Shown here one piece after another: positions 38,875 through 49,380 of a DNA stretch of 64,000 nt. Within the stretch, counting starts at the first letter, position 1, and each line of letters opens with the position of its first letter. Made by a program: the position numbers and the translations under genes. This DNA is from Pelagomonas calceolata (taxonomy: Eukaryota): NCBI GenBank assembly GCA_918797485.1, contig CAKKNE010000003.1, positions 372,001-436,000 of the forward strand, in the 5' to 3' direction. The notes under the pieces are model-generated. The model was not told the DNA's origin. It worked only from the letters and a program-made list of their open reading frames with translations, and searched no databases.

Positions 38875-39726
38875 TTACTCGAAGTCGCACGCCGCGCTCG
38901 CGACGGCCTCCTGCGCGGCCTTGGCGCCCTCGCCCATGGGCGGCGTTTTCGCGATCACCACATTCCTAGAAGCCGCCGGCTCGTTGGCGAAGACCGCCTC
39001 GTACATTTTGGGAGCCGCTTGGGCGACCCACGCGTCGCCCTCGTTCTGCAGGATGACGCTCATTTGTTTATAAGCGTGCCGCCGGTAGCCCCAGGCCTCG
39101 CCCTCCGCCCAAACCACTCCGCCCACGGGCGACTCGATCTTCTTCGTCGACGCCCCTTCCACCTGTTCTAGCCAGTCCGCCAGACTCAGTGACAAAAAGT
39201 CGAGCCACTCGGCGCGCGACTTCAGAGGCATCGCGAAGGCCCCCAACTCGGGTCTTGCCCTAAACACCAACGGTTTTGATGCATCAAGAACCGTCTCGTC
39301 GACCGTCAGCCGGTCGACCATGCAGAATATCCACGCCAAGCGTTCCGCTCGAGCTCCGATCAGATCCGCGATGTCCTTCCTTTGTGAAAGTGGTAGAGAA
39401 AAACCTTGAAACCCTTCCGTGCCATAGATGGAGTGGAAGAGCGCGGCGTCGGTGATGTGTTCCGGTGCGCCCCACGCCCGCAGCACGGATTGGACGCCCA
39501 CTAGATGGTCGTCGAAGGACTCCTCGCCGTTATGTGCTAAAGCCGCCGGCACGCGCTTGCGCATCTCGGCGTGGAGACCGACGTCTCGTTGCGCCCACGC
39601 TTCTCGCTGTGATGCCGGCACATCTCTTAATTCGCGGTACGGCGCCGACGCGTAGGCGCTCTTCGTCGACAGCGTTCTTGAAGCGGGACGGCGCAGTGCT
39701 TGCGCGGCGGTGCGGAGCGCCAGCAT
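38875..39726 (-). CDS. DUF6817-like (HD-like) protein with mitochondrial-type presequence
   Basis: H..ESFDDHLVGV..L..WG...AALFHSIYGTEGFQ...LIG.RAERL; Arg/Ala/Ser-rich N-terminus. Confidence 0.75.
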   Translation of the reverse strand: MLALRTAAQALRRPASRTLSTKSAYASAPYRELRDVPASQREAWAQRDVGLHAEMRKRVPAALAHNGEESFDDHLVGVQSVLRAWGAPEHITDAALFHSIYGTEGFQGFSLPLSQRKDIADLIGARAERLAWIFCMVDRLTVDETVLDASKPLVFRARPELGAFAMPLKSRAEWLDFLSLSLADWLEQVEGASTKKIESPVGGVVWAEGEAWGYRRHAYKQMSVILQNEGDAWVAQAAPKMYEAVFANEPAASRNVVIAKTPPMGEGAKAAQEAVASAACDFE

Positions 39727-39962
39727 CTTAGGTGCTCACTGCCGCGTCGCCACGCGTCGCAAGGGGCTGGATAGCTCTGGGCCTGTCTTCGCGCGTTCCG
39801 CACGTCTCGCACGCGTCCAAAACTGGCGCACGGCACCTAGATCGCGTTGCCAAAAAAGCTGGCTCCCTCCAGCTCTGAAGGCAGAGATACACGCCGGCCG
39901 CTAGACGCCCGCGGACGACAAACGAGACTCGCAGCGCTCAAATCCACGATAAATAACGACGA

Positions 39963-41384
39963 ATGCGGGCCGCAGTAGCACCGCTGCGGCGCCTCGCGGC
40001 CAGACACCACCGCTGCCAAAGCACTGTGGTCGAGCAAGCGCGCGCCCTGCTGCGCGGCGTCGAGGATCCCTTGCTCGGCCGCGACGTCATTACTACGGAT
40101 TGCGTGTCCATAGACCAGCGAGACAACAACTTGCGCGTGACGTTGGACGTGCGGACGGCCGCGCACCCACATGCGCATAAAATAGCGGAACGGTGTCGCG
40201 ACGCGCTCGAACACTTGCGAGGCGTCGAGGAGATCACCATCTCATTACAAGCGAACGGCTTCGGGCGGTCTATCGGAAGGCCCGCGGGCCTCGCTTCAGT
40301 AAGGTCCGCGGTCGCCGTCGCTTCTTGCAAGGGCGGCGTCGGCAAGTCGACAATTTGTACCCAGACTGCATTTGCTCTAGCATCGAAGGGTGCGCGCGTG
40401 GGTGTCGTGGACGCGGACGTGCACGGGCCCTCGATCCCGACGCAACTGAACCTCGAAGGCGCAACCATGGAGCCGTCGCCGGCCGGCGGTCGCTTGGTGT
40501 TGCCCGTCGAGCACAACGGTGTGAGGTTTGCGTCGTTCGGGTTCAAGCGGCCCCATTCTTCAACTGATGAAGGCGTAATAGCGATGCGGGGCCCCGTCGC
40601 CGGCGCCGCGGCGCGGAGACTGCTCAATGCGACGGACTGGGGCGAGCTCGACTATTTACTTGTTGATTTACCGCCGGGTATTGGGGACGTGACGTTGGCC
40701 GTCGCGGCGGAGATCGCGATTGATGGTGCTATCGTGATAACGACGCCGTCGAAGCTCGCGCAGGCCGACGTGGTGAAGGGTTTAGCTTTACACAGAGAGC
40801 TGGGCATCCCCACGCTGGCCGTGGTCGAGAACTTCGCTTCCGTATCTTGTCCCGAATGTGGAACTAGTCATCGCCCGTTGGGTGTTGGCCACGCGGCCGA
40901 GCTCGCGGCCTTGTCGGCGTCGGCCGACGAGGACCTGCCGGGCGTCTTTATCTTACCCATGGACGCTGCTTTAGCGGACGCGAACGAGCGCGGTCTAGTG
41001 GGTGAAGCGCCGCCGCACGCGTCCATCGACGCGCTGGCGTCTTCCATCATACGAAAGGTCTACGCCTACCAGCACGCGATGGTGAATCGCCAGCTCGATG
41101 TCTTGTATGATAAGAACGTGCAGCGCGTCGTCCTACGGCGGTTCACGGAGCAGGGGGCCGCGGAGACATTTCTTAAACCGCAGGACGTCGTCGCGGCCCG
41201 GCGGACCGGCGACGTGCCCGCCGACCTGTCGCCGACGCGCGTGGCCCTCGTGGGCAACAAGAGCGTGGTCTTCGACTGGTCGGACCGCGTCCGCGACGAC
41301 GTGTACGCCGTCGACGATCTGTTGGCGTTGGCCGAGCGGCTTTCTTCACCGGGCCCTGGGCGAGCGGTTCGGGGGAATGATTGA
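39963..41384 (+). CDS. HCF101: HCF101-like Fe-S cluster carrier ATPase (DUF59 + Mrp/NBP35 + C-terminal DUF971-like), probably mitochondrial
   Basis: LRGVEDPLLGRDVI; VASCKGGVGKST; DADVHGPS; WGELDYLLVDLPPGIGD; VVENF..CPEC; C-terminal GNKSVVFDWSD; Arg-rich presequence. Confidence 0.85.
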   Translation: MRAAVAPLRRLAARHHRCQSTVVEQARALLRGVEDPLLGRDVITTDCVSIDQRDNNLRVTLDVRTAAHPHAHKIAERCRDALEHLRGVEEITISLQANGFGRSIGRPAGLASVRSAVAVASCKGGVGKSTICTQTAFALASKGARVGVVDADVHGPSIPTQLNLEGATMEPSPAGGRLVLPVEHNGVRFASFGFKRPHSSTDEGVIAMRGPVAGAAARRLLNATDWGELDYLLVDLPPGIGDVTLAVAAEIAIDGAIVITTPSKLAQADVVKGLALHRELGIPTLAVVENFASVSCPECGTSHRPLGVGHAAELAALSASADEDLPGVFILPMDAALADANERGLVGEAPPHASIDALASSIIRKVYAYQHAMVNRQLDVLYDKNVQRVVLRRFTEQGAAETFLKPQDVVAARRTGDVPADLSPTRVALVGNKSVVFDWSDRVRDDVYAVDDLLALAERLSSPGPGRAVRGND

Positions 41385-41429
41385 TGTCTAAAATGTTGTA
41401 TTTATTTCGTGCGACCCCAGGGGCCCCTT

Positions 41430-42029
41430 CTAGTAGTCTAAGTCGGCGTCTTGTGCGTCATTGGCATTGTGTGTGTACATATAGACACCCGCATTCCAGC
41501 AATTGCGCAAACCGTCGTGGCTTGAGCTCAAGTAATCAGTCCCATCATCCCCGGGCCTGGCTACGGCACCGTTTCTGAGACTGCATCTCCACTGCTCGAG
41601 ACGCACCAATAACGTGGGGAAACGGTTGGGATGACTCCCGCTCTTAAACAACTTTTCCAAGATAACAGTATCACCCCGGACATCAATAATTTTGTGCCAT
41701 TGATCCATCCCCACTCGGACTCGGGCCGCTCGGTTAAGGTCGAAGTCACTTCCCGAGAGGTTGACAAAACAATTATCGTCGCGTAGACGTAAGACCTCCC
41801 GACGCAGCGCGGCCAATTTGCCGAGGCGCCGCCGCCGATAGAGCACCCCACTGCGTTGGATCTCTTCGTTCGCCGCGTAGAGTGCGCACCCGTTTTTCAT
41901 CCACGGCGCCAAAAACTCAAAGAGGGCGTGATCGCAGGCGGCCATTAGCGCCGCCGGCGCGAGGTGGGAAGTCCGTACGCGCGCTCGGGTGCGCGGCCGG
42001 TCGGACGCCGCGGCGGGAGCTGAATCCAT
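41430..42029 (-). CDS. Hypothetical protein
   Basis: 199-aa ATG-initiated ORF filling the gap, divergent from the proteasome gene; no motif recognised. Confidence 0.45.
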   Translation of the reverse strand: MDSAPAAASDRPRTRARVRTSHLAPAALMAACDHALFEFLAPWMKNGCALYAANEEIQRSGVLYRRRRLGKLAALRREVLRLRDDNCFVNLSGSDFDLNRAARVRVGMDQWHKIIDVRGDTVILEKLFKSGSHPNRFPTLLVRLEQWRCSLRNGAVARPGDDGTDYLSSSHDGLRNCWNAGVYMYTHNANDAQDADLDY

Positions 42030-42177
42030 GATGCAATTTAGTAGGGTTATTGGCCGAGGTCGATTCGTATATTAGCGAACCGATCGGATTCTGGGCTATC
42101 TCAAGCACATCCACCGTGGCGGCCGCGGTGGCTCGCGAAACCGCCGGGCTCCCGCGCACAGCTGCGTAAAATTGCGG

Positions 42178-42201
42178 GCTAGCGGCATGTAACACACTAG
42201 C
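42178..42201 (+). promoter_or_regulatory. Conserved upstream motif, copy 8
   Basis: GCTAGCGGCATGTAACACACTAGC upstream of the proteasome gene. Confidence 0.65.
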
Positions 42202-42373
42202 AAGGAAGGAGGACGGCCGCCGCGGACCATACGAGCTTGTAGCGCGCTTAGCAGACGTGCAAATTGCTCTACGGCTCGCCTTTTTTGTTGCTGAGGACCG
42301 CTGGCTGGTTTGTGCTAGCGCCGGCACCGCGCGCGCGCCTAAGAGGTCGACCCGCTGAGTCGCCGCCGCCGCG

Positions 42374-43156
42374 ATGGCGCGCCGCTACGACGCCAACGTC
42401 ACAACCTTTAGTCCGGAGGGCCGCCTCCACCAGGTCGAGTACGCCGTGGAAGCTATCAACAACGCCGGCACCGCCGTCGGTCTGTTGGCCACGGACGGCG
42501 TCGTCATGGCGGGAGAAAAGCAAAAAGTAACTAAGTTGCTGGAACCCCCCAAGTCCTCCGAAAAAATCTACAAGCTCGACGACCACGCCGCTACTGTAGT
42601 AGCCGGCCTGACCGCGGACGCAAATATACTCATAAACGCGGCAAGAGTCGCAGCAGGACGCTACAAGTACCAGTACGGCGAGCCCATGCCGGTAGAACAA
42701 CTAGTATCCAAAGTCTGCGACCACAAGCAGCTCTACACGCAGTACGGCGGCCAGCGGCCGTTTGGGGTCAAGTTTCTGTTCGCAGGGTACGACTCCCACC
42801 ACGGCTACCAGCTCTACCTCAGCGACCCCTCCGGCAATTACAGCGGATGGCGCGCGACGTGCATGGGCCAGAACGCCAATAGTGGACAGGGCGTGCTGAA
42901 GGCCGAGTACGAGGAGACGATGGACTCGGACGCGTGCGTGAAATTAGCGCTGAAGGTCCTGAACAAGACCATGGAGTCCTTGAGCGCGGAGAACATCGAT
43001 TTATTCGCACTGAAGCGGAAGGACGACGGGACTATGATTCATGAAGTGTATGCGAATGATGTGGTTGCTGCTTTATTAGAGGAGGTCAAGGCCGAGCAGG
43101 AGGCGGCGGATGCCGAGAAGGAGCGGCTCGCGTCCGGTGGGCCGGCGGCGAAGTAG
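42374..43156 (+). CDS. PSMA4: 20S proteasome subunit alpha-3 (alpha type 4)
   Basis: MARRYD..TTFSPEGRLHQVEYAVEAI, SEKIYKLDDH, AGLTADANILIN, YTQYGGQRPFGV, SDPSGNYSGW. Confidence 0.96.
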   Translation: MARRYDANVTTFSPEGRLHQVEYAVEAINNAGTAVGLLATDGVVMAGEKQKVTKLLEPPKSSEKIYKLDDHAATVVAGLTADANILINAARVAAGRYKYQYGEPMPVEQLVSKVCDHKQLYTQYGGQRPFGVKFLFAGYDSHHGYQLYLSDPSGNYSGWRATCMGQNANSGQGVLKAEYEETMDSDACVKLALKVLNKTMESLSAENIDLFALKRKDDGTMIHEVYANDVVAALLEEVKAEQEAADAEKERLASGGPAAK

Positions 43157-43190
43157 TCTTGGGAGTTTTCGGTAACATAACGTATACTTA

Positions 43191-44786
43191 TTAGTGCTCA
43201 AATTTGGCCAACTTCGCTAAATGACTCTTGCGCGCCCAGCGGTGCACGCTCTTGCCCGACCCCAGGGCCTTGGCTTTCGAGGACGTGCCGACCCAGGAGG
43301 GCAGCGTAGCGTTATCACCACCTTCTTCAAACACCGTCTCCTCGCGGGTCTCCGCCGTGGGCCCGGCACCGATCACAATAGGAGGTAGTAATGAAGGCGC
43401 GCACGCCACGGGACAGGCAATAACGGCCGGCACGCCGTCTTCACCAACTTTTGTAGAGCACTTGTTCTTTTTCGCGACCCCTTTGCACGTCTTCTTGTCG
43501 CTCCGCCACGCGGGGTCGTCCTTGCCCGTGCGCTTTCGAGGCGTATCCCATAAAGCTTTCGCGTACGTTTGTCGATCCCGAAAGGCCAAAACACGCCTAC
43601 GCCACGTGTCCCGTCGCAGCTCACGATAGTCGTAGGACTCGCGCCGATCTAGGACGGCGCCCCACGCCCTTTCTAGAGTTCGGGCCGTCACCTTCGTCCA
43701 CTGCCTCACAAACACCATGGGTAGATTTCTATACAATTCTACCAATGTCTCGGAGTAGTCCACGAGGGGAACGGCTCCAAAAGACAAAATTTCGTAGTGG
43801 CGGTGGCAGTCCAGGCCCGAACCGATCGGCGAGAAGGCGAACTTCGTCGTTCGTAACTTGTAGAGGTACGACGCTAAGGCTACCGATCTCATGTCATTGG
43901 TCGTATTGCGCGTCTGCTGGAAGCTGCCGTGCTTCCCGCCCGCTAACCGTCGCGCATGGACCTTGGTCGTCCACTCCTCGGCGTTCATGGAGATGGGAGG
44001 CATATCTGTTGTTTGGACGGGAAATTCATTTTCTAGGGAAACGTCACCCCGCTTCAGGGCGTTGCGCAGCTGGTCGAAGGCGAAGGCCCGTTCGTGGTTG
44101 TGGAGCGAGACGTGGGACGCTATTAACGATCGCTTTGTAGAAGTAGAGGCCCAGGCGGCTTCGAGGCCTCGCGCGGCCGCCAGAGTTAAGTGGACACCTA
44201 ATGGTATTTGTTGAACTTTTTCCAAGCGCATCTGCCGTCTTAACCTTTTGGACGAGGACATGTTCCGGGCGTGGGGCGGCGGCGCCCAGTGCTGCGAGAC
44301 GTACCAGGCTTGGAGCTTCGGCTGGGCCAGCAACGCCGCGACGGCGCCGGGGCACGCCTGTTCACAACCCTTCAGGGAGTGGGGGTGGAAGGGCGAGCCA
44401 TTTGCCGCGGTTCCTACTGATGTGAGAGCGTAGGCCTCGATATGCTTGGCCTGCTCGAGCGCCGGCACCGCGACCTCAACAAAGGCACACAACCCACTCG
44501 CATTCCGCTTCGCGACCCGCAAACCGATGACGGGTCGCCGCGGCAACGCCGAGATGTTCCTCACAAAAGCTGCGACACCTTCAGGGCCCGTCGCGCCCGC
44601 GTCGTCGCCGAGCGCGGCGTCGAGCCGATCATCCAACCACTTGCTGAAGTGCGAGTGGACGATCGTCGACGCTGGGGATGCGCCGAGGGCTTCTTTCGCC
44701 TTCTGCCACAGGGCGTCGTCGAGTTTTTCGTCGACGACGGGGGCACCAATGCATATGAAGTGCAGGAGCAGCAGCGCCAGCCGCAT
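43191..44786 (-). CDS. Secreted exostosin/GT47-like protein with a C-terminal Cys-rich module
   Basis: Signal peptide; IPLG; KFAFSPIGSGLDCHRHYEILSFGAVP..LYRNLPMVFV..W; DDPAW..C..C..ACPVAC. Confidence 0.72.
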   Translation of the reverse strand: MRLALLLLHFICIGAPVVDEKLDDALWQKAKEALGASPASTIVHSHFSKWLDDRLDAALGDDAGATGPEGVAAFVRNISALPRRPVIGLRVAKRNASGLCAFVEVAVPALEQAKHIEAYALTSVGTAANGSPFHPHSLKGCEQACPGAVAALLAQPKLQAWYVSQHWAPPPHARNMSSSKRLRRQMRLEKVQQIPLGVHLTLAAARGLEAAWASTSTKRSLIASHVSLHNHERAFAFDQLRNALKRGDVSLENEFPVQTTDMPPISMNAEEWTTKVHARRLAGGKHGSFQQTRNTTNDMRSVALASYLYKLRTTKFAFSPIGSGLDCHRHYEILSFGAVPLVDYSETLVELYRNLPMVFVRQWTKVTARTLERAWGAVLDRRESYDYRELRRDTWRRRVLAFRDRQTYAKALWDTPRKRTGKDDPAWRSDKKTCKGVAKKNKCSTKVGEDGVPAVIACPVACAPSLLPPIVIGAGPTAETREETVFEEGGDNATLPSWVGTSSKAKALGSGKSVHRWARKSHLAKLAKFEH

Positions 44787-44896
44787 GGCTCGCGGGGCAG
44801 CCGGCTTACGGCGCGGAGGGGCGGTCCATGAGTCCTGCTGGCCGCGTCGGCAGGCGTGGGCAGCGCTTCGAGCCCAAAGCCCAAAAAAGGCAAGCT

Positions 44897-44919
44897 GTTA
44901 GCGTGAGAGACACTCTAGC
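44897..44919 (+). promoter_or_regulatory. Conserved upstream motif, copy 9 (degenerate)
   Basis: GTTAGCGTGAGAGACACTCTAGC between divergent genes. Confidence 0.35.
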
Positions 44920-45161
44920 TGGCACTTCTTGTGAAATTTGATCGCACGCGCGCGCGCGTGGTATTTCAAATAAGTCGTTGCGGCAGCCGCCGCGGACCAT
45001 CTCGCCGAGACGGCCAGCCACAGCGCGCTGCCCCTTGGTTCCGGCTCACTGCCACCCAGATAAAAATATTCTTCCGGCTGAAGCCGCGCTGCACACGCCG
45101 TCGCGCTGCCCCACCTGGATAAAAGTACTCTGCGCATCAGCCTAACGCGACGAGCAGCAGG

Positions 45162-48146
45162 ATGCCGCCGCCCCTCCAGACGTATGAGGACGAGCTGCGG
45201 GACCGCACGGCCTTGCACATGCAGGTGGCCGACCTGACACAATCACAAGATTTCAGGCGCGTCTACGGCATTCCCGATGATACTGATGATGCCGACGCGG
45301 CCTGGGAGCGCGATGCTATCCTGGGCCGGTTTTCGCGCGCGCGGCGCGGGGACGTGCGGGCGGCGGCGGCGTTGCTACGGAACGACATGAAGTGGCGCGC
45401 GGAGCATAGAGTCTGTGAACTGCGCTCTACCTCAGCAGCCCAGGTTCTGGGCTGCGACCACAACGCCCCGCAGACGCTGGCGCACTACTACCAGCGAAGG
45501 TTGCTGGGTGTCGACGCGGCCGGTAGAGTTACTTTGTACCAAAACTACCGGACGATGCTCGCGAAAGATTTGAAGAGACACATCCCTTTGGATACGGTAT
45601 TACGATTCCACGTCTGGGAGCAGGAGCGGTGTGCTAGTATTGCGGATCATATACGACGCATTTCTCGGAGCAGAGGTGATGATGGCTCGTTGGACTTCCC
45701 CGCAGCCTCGACCCTAGCCGTACTGATAGATGTGGGCGACATGAGCATAACACGGCATGCAACGAGAGATTTTATGGCCATCATCAAGGAGGTCGCGCGG
45801 CTGGACCAGGACCACTTCTGCGAGCGGATGGGCGTGTGCTTCATCCTGAACGCTCCCGGCGCGTTCGGCCTCGTTTGGAGGATCGTGCGGCCGTGGCTCG
45901 CGCATGAAACCATAAGAAGAATACATGTGTTGCATGCCAAGGACGACTGGCGGAAAGTAGTGTCGTCGAAGTGCGGTCGCGAGATTTTACGGAATTTAGA
46001 TGAAGGCGTGGATCTCGACGATGCCGCTTTAGATCCGGCGCTCAAGCTCAAGAAGGAGAAGACCCCAGAAGCAGTGGCGAAGATGCTCGTGGAGCACCGA
46101 GATCGACTGGCCGAGCTCCAGATGGACCCCGAGCATCGCTCGGCGGCAGCGAGGGCGCGGTCGGCCATGGCTCTCATGCGGACGCCGTCGGAACTGAGCT
46201 CGACGGAGGCCGGGGCCACGACGTCCGTCGAGATGGTCCGCCAAGCTTCTACAATAGAACAATCGTCGGAGGGCGATCTCGAGGCGTTCGCCGACTGCGT
46301 GAGCCCCCAGCTGTCGCCGCGCGAGGCCATGCGCGAGCTGCGGGAGGCCGACGAGCGGCGGTCGGGCAAGACGGTCGCGTGGTTGGCTACGTGTCTGACG
46401 CGGTTGGTGTTACTCCAAGTCCTGGCGACGGGGACGCTCTTCGTGTTAGCTTTGATTGCTATTTATTCACGGTTCGACTGGGACCCGCACCTGCCCGAGG
46501 TCGGGATTCTGTTAGGCGTGGCCTCCGTGATGTTCGCGACTCTCGGCTATGTGGGTGCGTCTCGATTGAATTTAGGTGTACTACGTGTACACGCCACGGC
46601 CCAAGGTCTATTGACCGTGGCCTTTCTGGTCCTAGCCATTGCATCGTTGGAGGTCGCGTTAGGTTCGTCCAAAGGATTCTTTTTTAGTAGAGCGGCTCGA
46701 GCGTCGGTACGACGACATAACCTGTCCGTGGGACTCGCGTCGTTGGCCGAGCTCGTGATAGGCGTGCCCCAAGTAGCCTCGTCGATACTCCTCCGAAGGA
46801 GACTGTCCATTTTATTATCCTCGAAAGGCTTTGATGATGTGGCCGACGCGCGCTTTGCTCTGCGAGTGAACGCGGGTGTGTTGGTACTGTTAGGTTTGGC
46901 TGGTTTATCCTTCGCGTCGGCGACGGTGTCGTACTTCGTGCAGCACCATCTCGGCGCGTCGGCCTTCGCGCCCTACATGTTGTTGGAAGGTAGTATCGCT
47001 TTGCTGGTCATCGCGGCGGTGGCGAAGTGGTGCTCGGTGCAAGGTACTCGTGTTTCAGCTGTTAGTGGGTACACAAAGCTCGCTCGGTTAGGCACGGTCT
47101 ACTTCGGCACGGCGGCGGCGGTGGCCGTCATCGTCCTTATCAATATAGGGGATAAGGTCCGGCGGAAGGGCGTCGAGAAGAAGTCGGTGGAGGCGCGGGC
47201 GACGGGGTTACTCTTGCTTCTAGCTACTTGTGACGCCGTCGTCGCTGCGGCATTGCTAGCCTCCGCTGATAGCGCCAGGAAGCTCCACGCGTCGCGCGTT
47301 GCTGAACGGGAGAAGGAGCAGGAAAGACGCACAATACTACGGAACCGGCGGCGCGCGCGTCGACGGCCCTCGCAAGAAGAAAGAAGACCGTCGCATGAGG
47401 ACCGGCCGGGCCCCTCGCCGTTAAGAGCGGCTTTACGATTGGTCGCGGAGCCGGGCCAGTTAAGAGACGAAGACGAGGACGCGATCGACGACGAGGTGGA
47501 TATCAGTGAAGCGCAGTTCGACGACGAGGAGGATCCCGAGGACGCGCCGCCGCTGACACGTTATGAAAGGGGCGCCGTGGCCTGGGGCTTGTTCACGGGG
47601 CTGATTCATATTTTTCTGGACGGGACGTTCGCGGTGTTCAACCACCTGGTGAGCTTCGAGAACGACCAGGGTCGACTGCAGCGGCCCTGGTTCGTGGAGG
47701 CGTGGCACCTCTGGGGCGGCGTCGATAAGCGCTACCGCAAGTCGGACTCCTTCATCGTGGTCCAGGTCGCCGCGATGGCGTTGGTGGCCGGGCCGGCGTG
47801 TCTCATCTTCGCCTGGGCGACCTTTGAAAGGACGGTCTGGCGCCATGCCCTTGGGGTCTTGGTCACGACGGCGCAGATGTGGACGCTCGGGTTGTACTTC
47901 GCCACCGAAGCACATGTGGATTTCGAGGACACGGACCGAAGCGACTTCGTCAAGTTCTGGCTGCTGTTCGTGGGCACGACAGTCATCAGATTTCTGCTGC
48001 CCGTGCCGGTCCTGTGGGGCTCGATCAAGGGCGTGATGCGGGACGCGGAGTTCCACCACCGGTGGCATTTGCAATATAGGCAGCTGTCCTCGTCGGAACG
48101 GAAGCGGGCGCTCGAGCTCGAGCCTGCTTTAGACGATCCGCTGTAG
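45162..48146 (+). CDS. CRAL-TRIO (Sec14) + ~8 TM + EXPERA/EBP-like fusion protein
   Basis: ILGRFSRARRGDV..A..L....WR; GVDAAGR; QDHFCERMGVCFILNAP..F..VWRIVRPWL...T..RI; C-terminal GLIHIFLDG, W..WGGVDKRY..SDSF, GP..L, QMWTLGLYF.TE. Confidence 0.85.
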   Translation: MPPPLQTYEDELRDRTALHMQVADLTQSQDFRRVYGIPDDTDDADAAWERDAILGRFSRARRGDVRAAAALLRNDMKWRAEHRVCELRSTSAAQVLGCDHNAPQTLAHYYQRRLLGVDAAGRVTLYQNYRTMLAKDLKRHIPLDTVLRFHVWEQERCASIADHIRRISRSRGDDGSLDFPAASTLAVLIDVGDMSITRHATRDFMAIIKEVARLDQDHFCERMGVCFILNAPGAFGLVWRIVRPWLAHETIRRIHVLHAKDDWRKVVSSKCGREILRNLDEGVDLDDAALDPALKLKKEKTPEAVAKMLVEHRDRLAELQMDPEHRSAAARARSAMALMRTPSELSSTEAGATTSVEMVRQASTIEQSSEGDLEAFADCVSPQLSPREAMRELREADERRSGKTVAWLATCLTRLVLLQVLATGTLFVLALIAIYSRFDWDPHLPEVGILLGVASVMFATLGYVGASRLNLGVLRVHATAQGLLTVAFLVLAIASLEVALGSSKGFFFSRAARASVRRHNLSVGLASLAELVIGVPQVASSILLRRRLSILLSSKGFDDVADARFALRVNAGVLVLLGLAGLSFASATVSYFVQHHLGASAFAPYMLLEGSIALLVIAAVAKWCSVQGTRVSAVSGYTKLARLGTVYFGTAAAVAVIVLINIGDKVRRKGVEKKSVEARATGLLLLLATCDAVVAAALLASADSARKLHASRVAEREKEQERRTILRNRRRARRRPSQEERRPSHEDRPGPSPLRAALRLVAEPGQLRDEDEDAIDDEVDISEAQFDDEEDPEDAPPLTRYERGAVAWGLFTGLIHIFLDGTFAVFNHLVSFENDQGRLQRPWFVEAWHLWGGVDKRYRKSDSFIVVQVAAMALVAGPACLIFAWATFERTVWRHALGVLVTTAQMWTLGLYFATEAHVDFEDTDRSDFVKFWLLFVGTTVIRFLLPVPVLWGSIKGVMRDAEFHHRWHLQYRQLSSSERKRALELEPALDDPL

Positions 48147-48178
48147 GGTATAAGATTATTGTGTGATACTTTTAAGAC

Positions 48179-49234
48179 CTAGATGCTGAGGAGCGCGGTA
48201 ATCTCGTCCGCCTTCTGCGCCGCAGCCTCTCTGCGCGCCTCGGGGTCCGCAATCGCGCTGAGGCCCGAGCGGTCGGCGAACGCGGTAAGGGCGTCCAGGT
48301 CCCGTTGGGGGAGGTGGGGTCCTAATCCGCCAGGCGTCCATTGGGCCGACGCGTCGTGCTGCGTCCACCGACGGGCTACTGGGGTTTTATGGCTACCATC
48401 ATCGACCCAGTAGCCCGTGTGGCCGTCGCGCGTTTTGAACACGAAGCCCGGCCGATGGCCTCCGTACGTCGGCGCCGGACGGTACAGCGACGCCGGCAGG
48501 TACAAGTAATCGCACCGCGGCGGCCAGAAGGAGAGCACGTTCCAAAGGACGCCGTCGGGCAGGCGGAAGCTGGGCTCGAGCATGGCGTCCGACGACTTTT
48601 TGGCGCGCCCGCGGACCACGAGCGACCGGAGCCGCAGGACCTCCTTCCGCTTCGCCACAAATCTGCGGCGCCGCTCGTCGGCGATCAATTTCTTGCACGC
48701 GAGGAAGTGTTCGTTGTTTGCTGTCCCTGGACGATGCCAGTAGTCATATAAACTGTTGATTGAATCATCAAAAGCCTCCGGATGCTCTATGTGCCGGAGG
48801 CACTCCTCCGCCGACATCCCGCCCCAGCAGTCGTCGAGTGAGGCGCCGCGACGCAATAAAAGAGTTGCGAATCTCAGGCGTTTTTCTGCAAAACTTCGAT
48901 GAGCTTGCCGGCACCAGTCTAAAGAGGTGCTTAATGCTGTCTCGCCCGCTATCCCAACAACACGCTCAGCTTCACACTCTGTCGTCGTCTTGGCATCGAT
49001 GTCGGCGCCGGCGTCCAGAATCATGTTAACTATTTCAGTGGCCCGCGAAACATCCTGGTTATTGCAGGCGTGGTACAATGGGGTCGCCCCGTACTCGTCG
49101 ACACAATTCACATCAGCGCCGCGCTCCAAGAGAAGTCTGGCGAGATGCGGGTGGCGGCATCGGCCTAGGAGACATAAAGTTTGTCCGTCCCAGTCATCGG
49201 TCTCAGCATCGTTGACGTCTCCTCCGCTGTCCAA
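48179..49234 (-). CDS. Ankyrin-repeat protein (5' end unresolved)
   Basis: LLLERGADVNCVDEYGATPLYHAC, ILDAGADIDAK, LLLRRGASLD; C-terminal RPGFVFKTRDGHTGYWVD motif; no in-frame ATG before the repeats. Confidence 0.7.
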   Translation of the reverse strand: MDSGGDVNDAETDDWDGQTLCLLGRCRHPHLARLLLERGADVNCVDEYGATPLYHACNNQDVSRATEIVNMILDAGADIDAKTTTECEAERVVGIAGETALSTSLDWCRQAHRSFAEKRLRFATLLLRRGASLDDCWGGMSAEECLRHIEHPEAFDDSINSLYDYWHRPGTANNEHFLACKKLIADERRRRFVAKRKEVLRLRSLVVRGRAKKSSDAMLEPSFRLPDGVLWNVLSFWPPRCDYLYLPASLYRPAPTYGGHRPGFVFKTRDGHTGYWVDDGSHKTPVARRWTQHDASAQWTPGGLGPHLPQRDLDALTAFADRSGLSAIADPEARREAAAQKADEITALLSI

Positions 49235-49380
49235 CCACTCCCGTATCCGTTGAAAATGTTCATCGTCGCCTTGGCCGTTGTGGCACGCGGCGCTACTGCA
49301 GTGAAGAGTGCCAGAGAGAAGACTGGGAGGCCGGTCACTCGCAGAAGTGTGTGGGCTGCGTGTAGGGGTATAACTAACAA

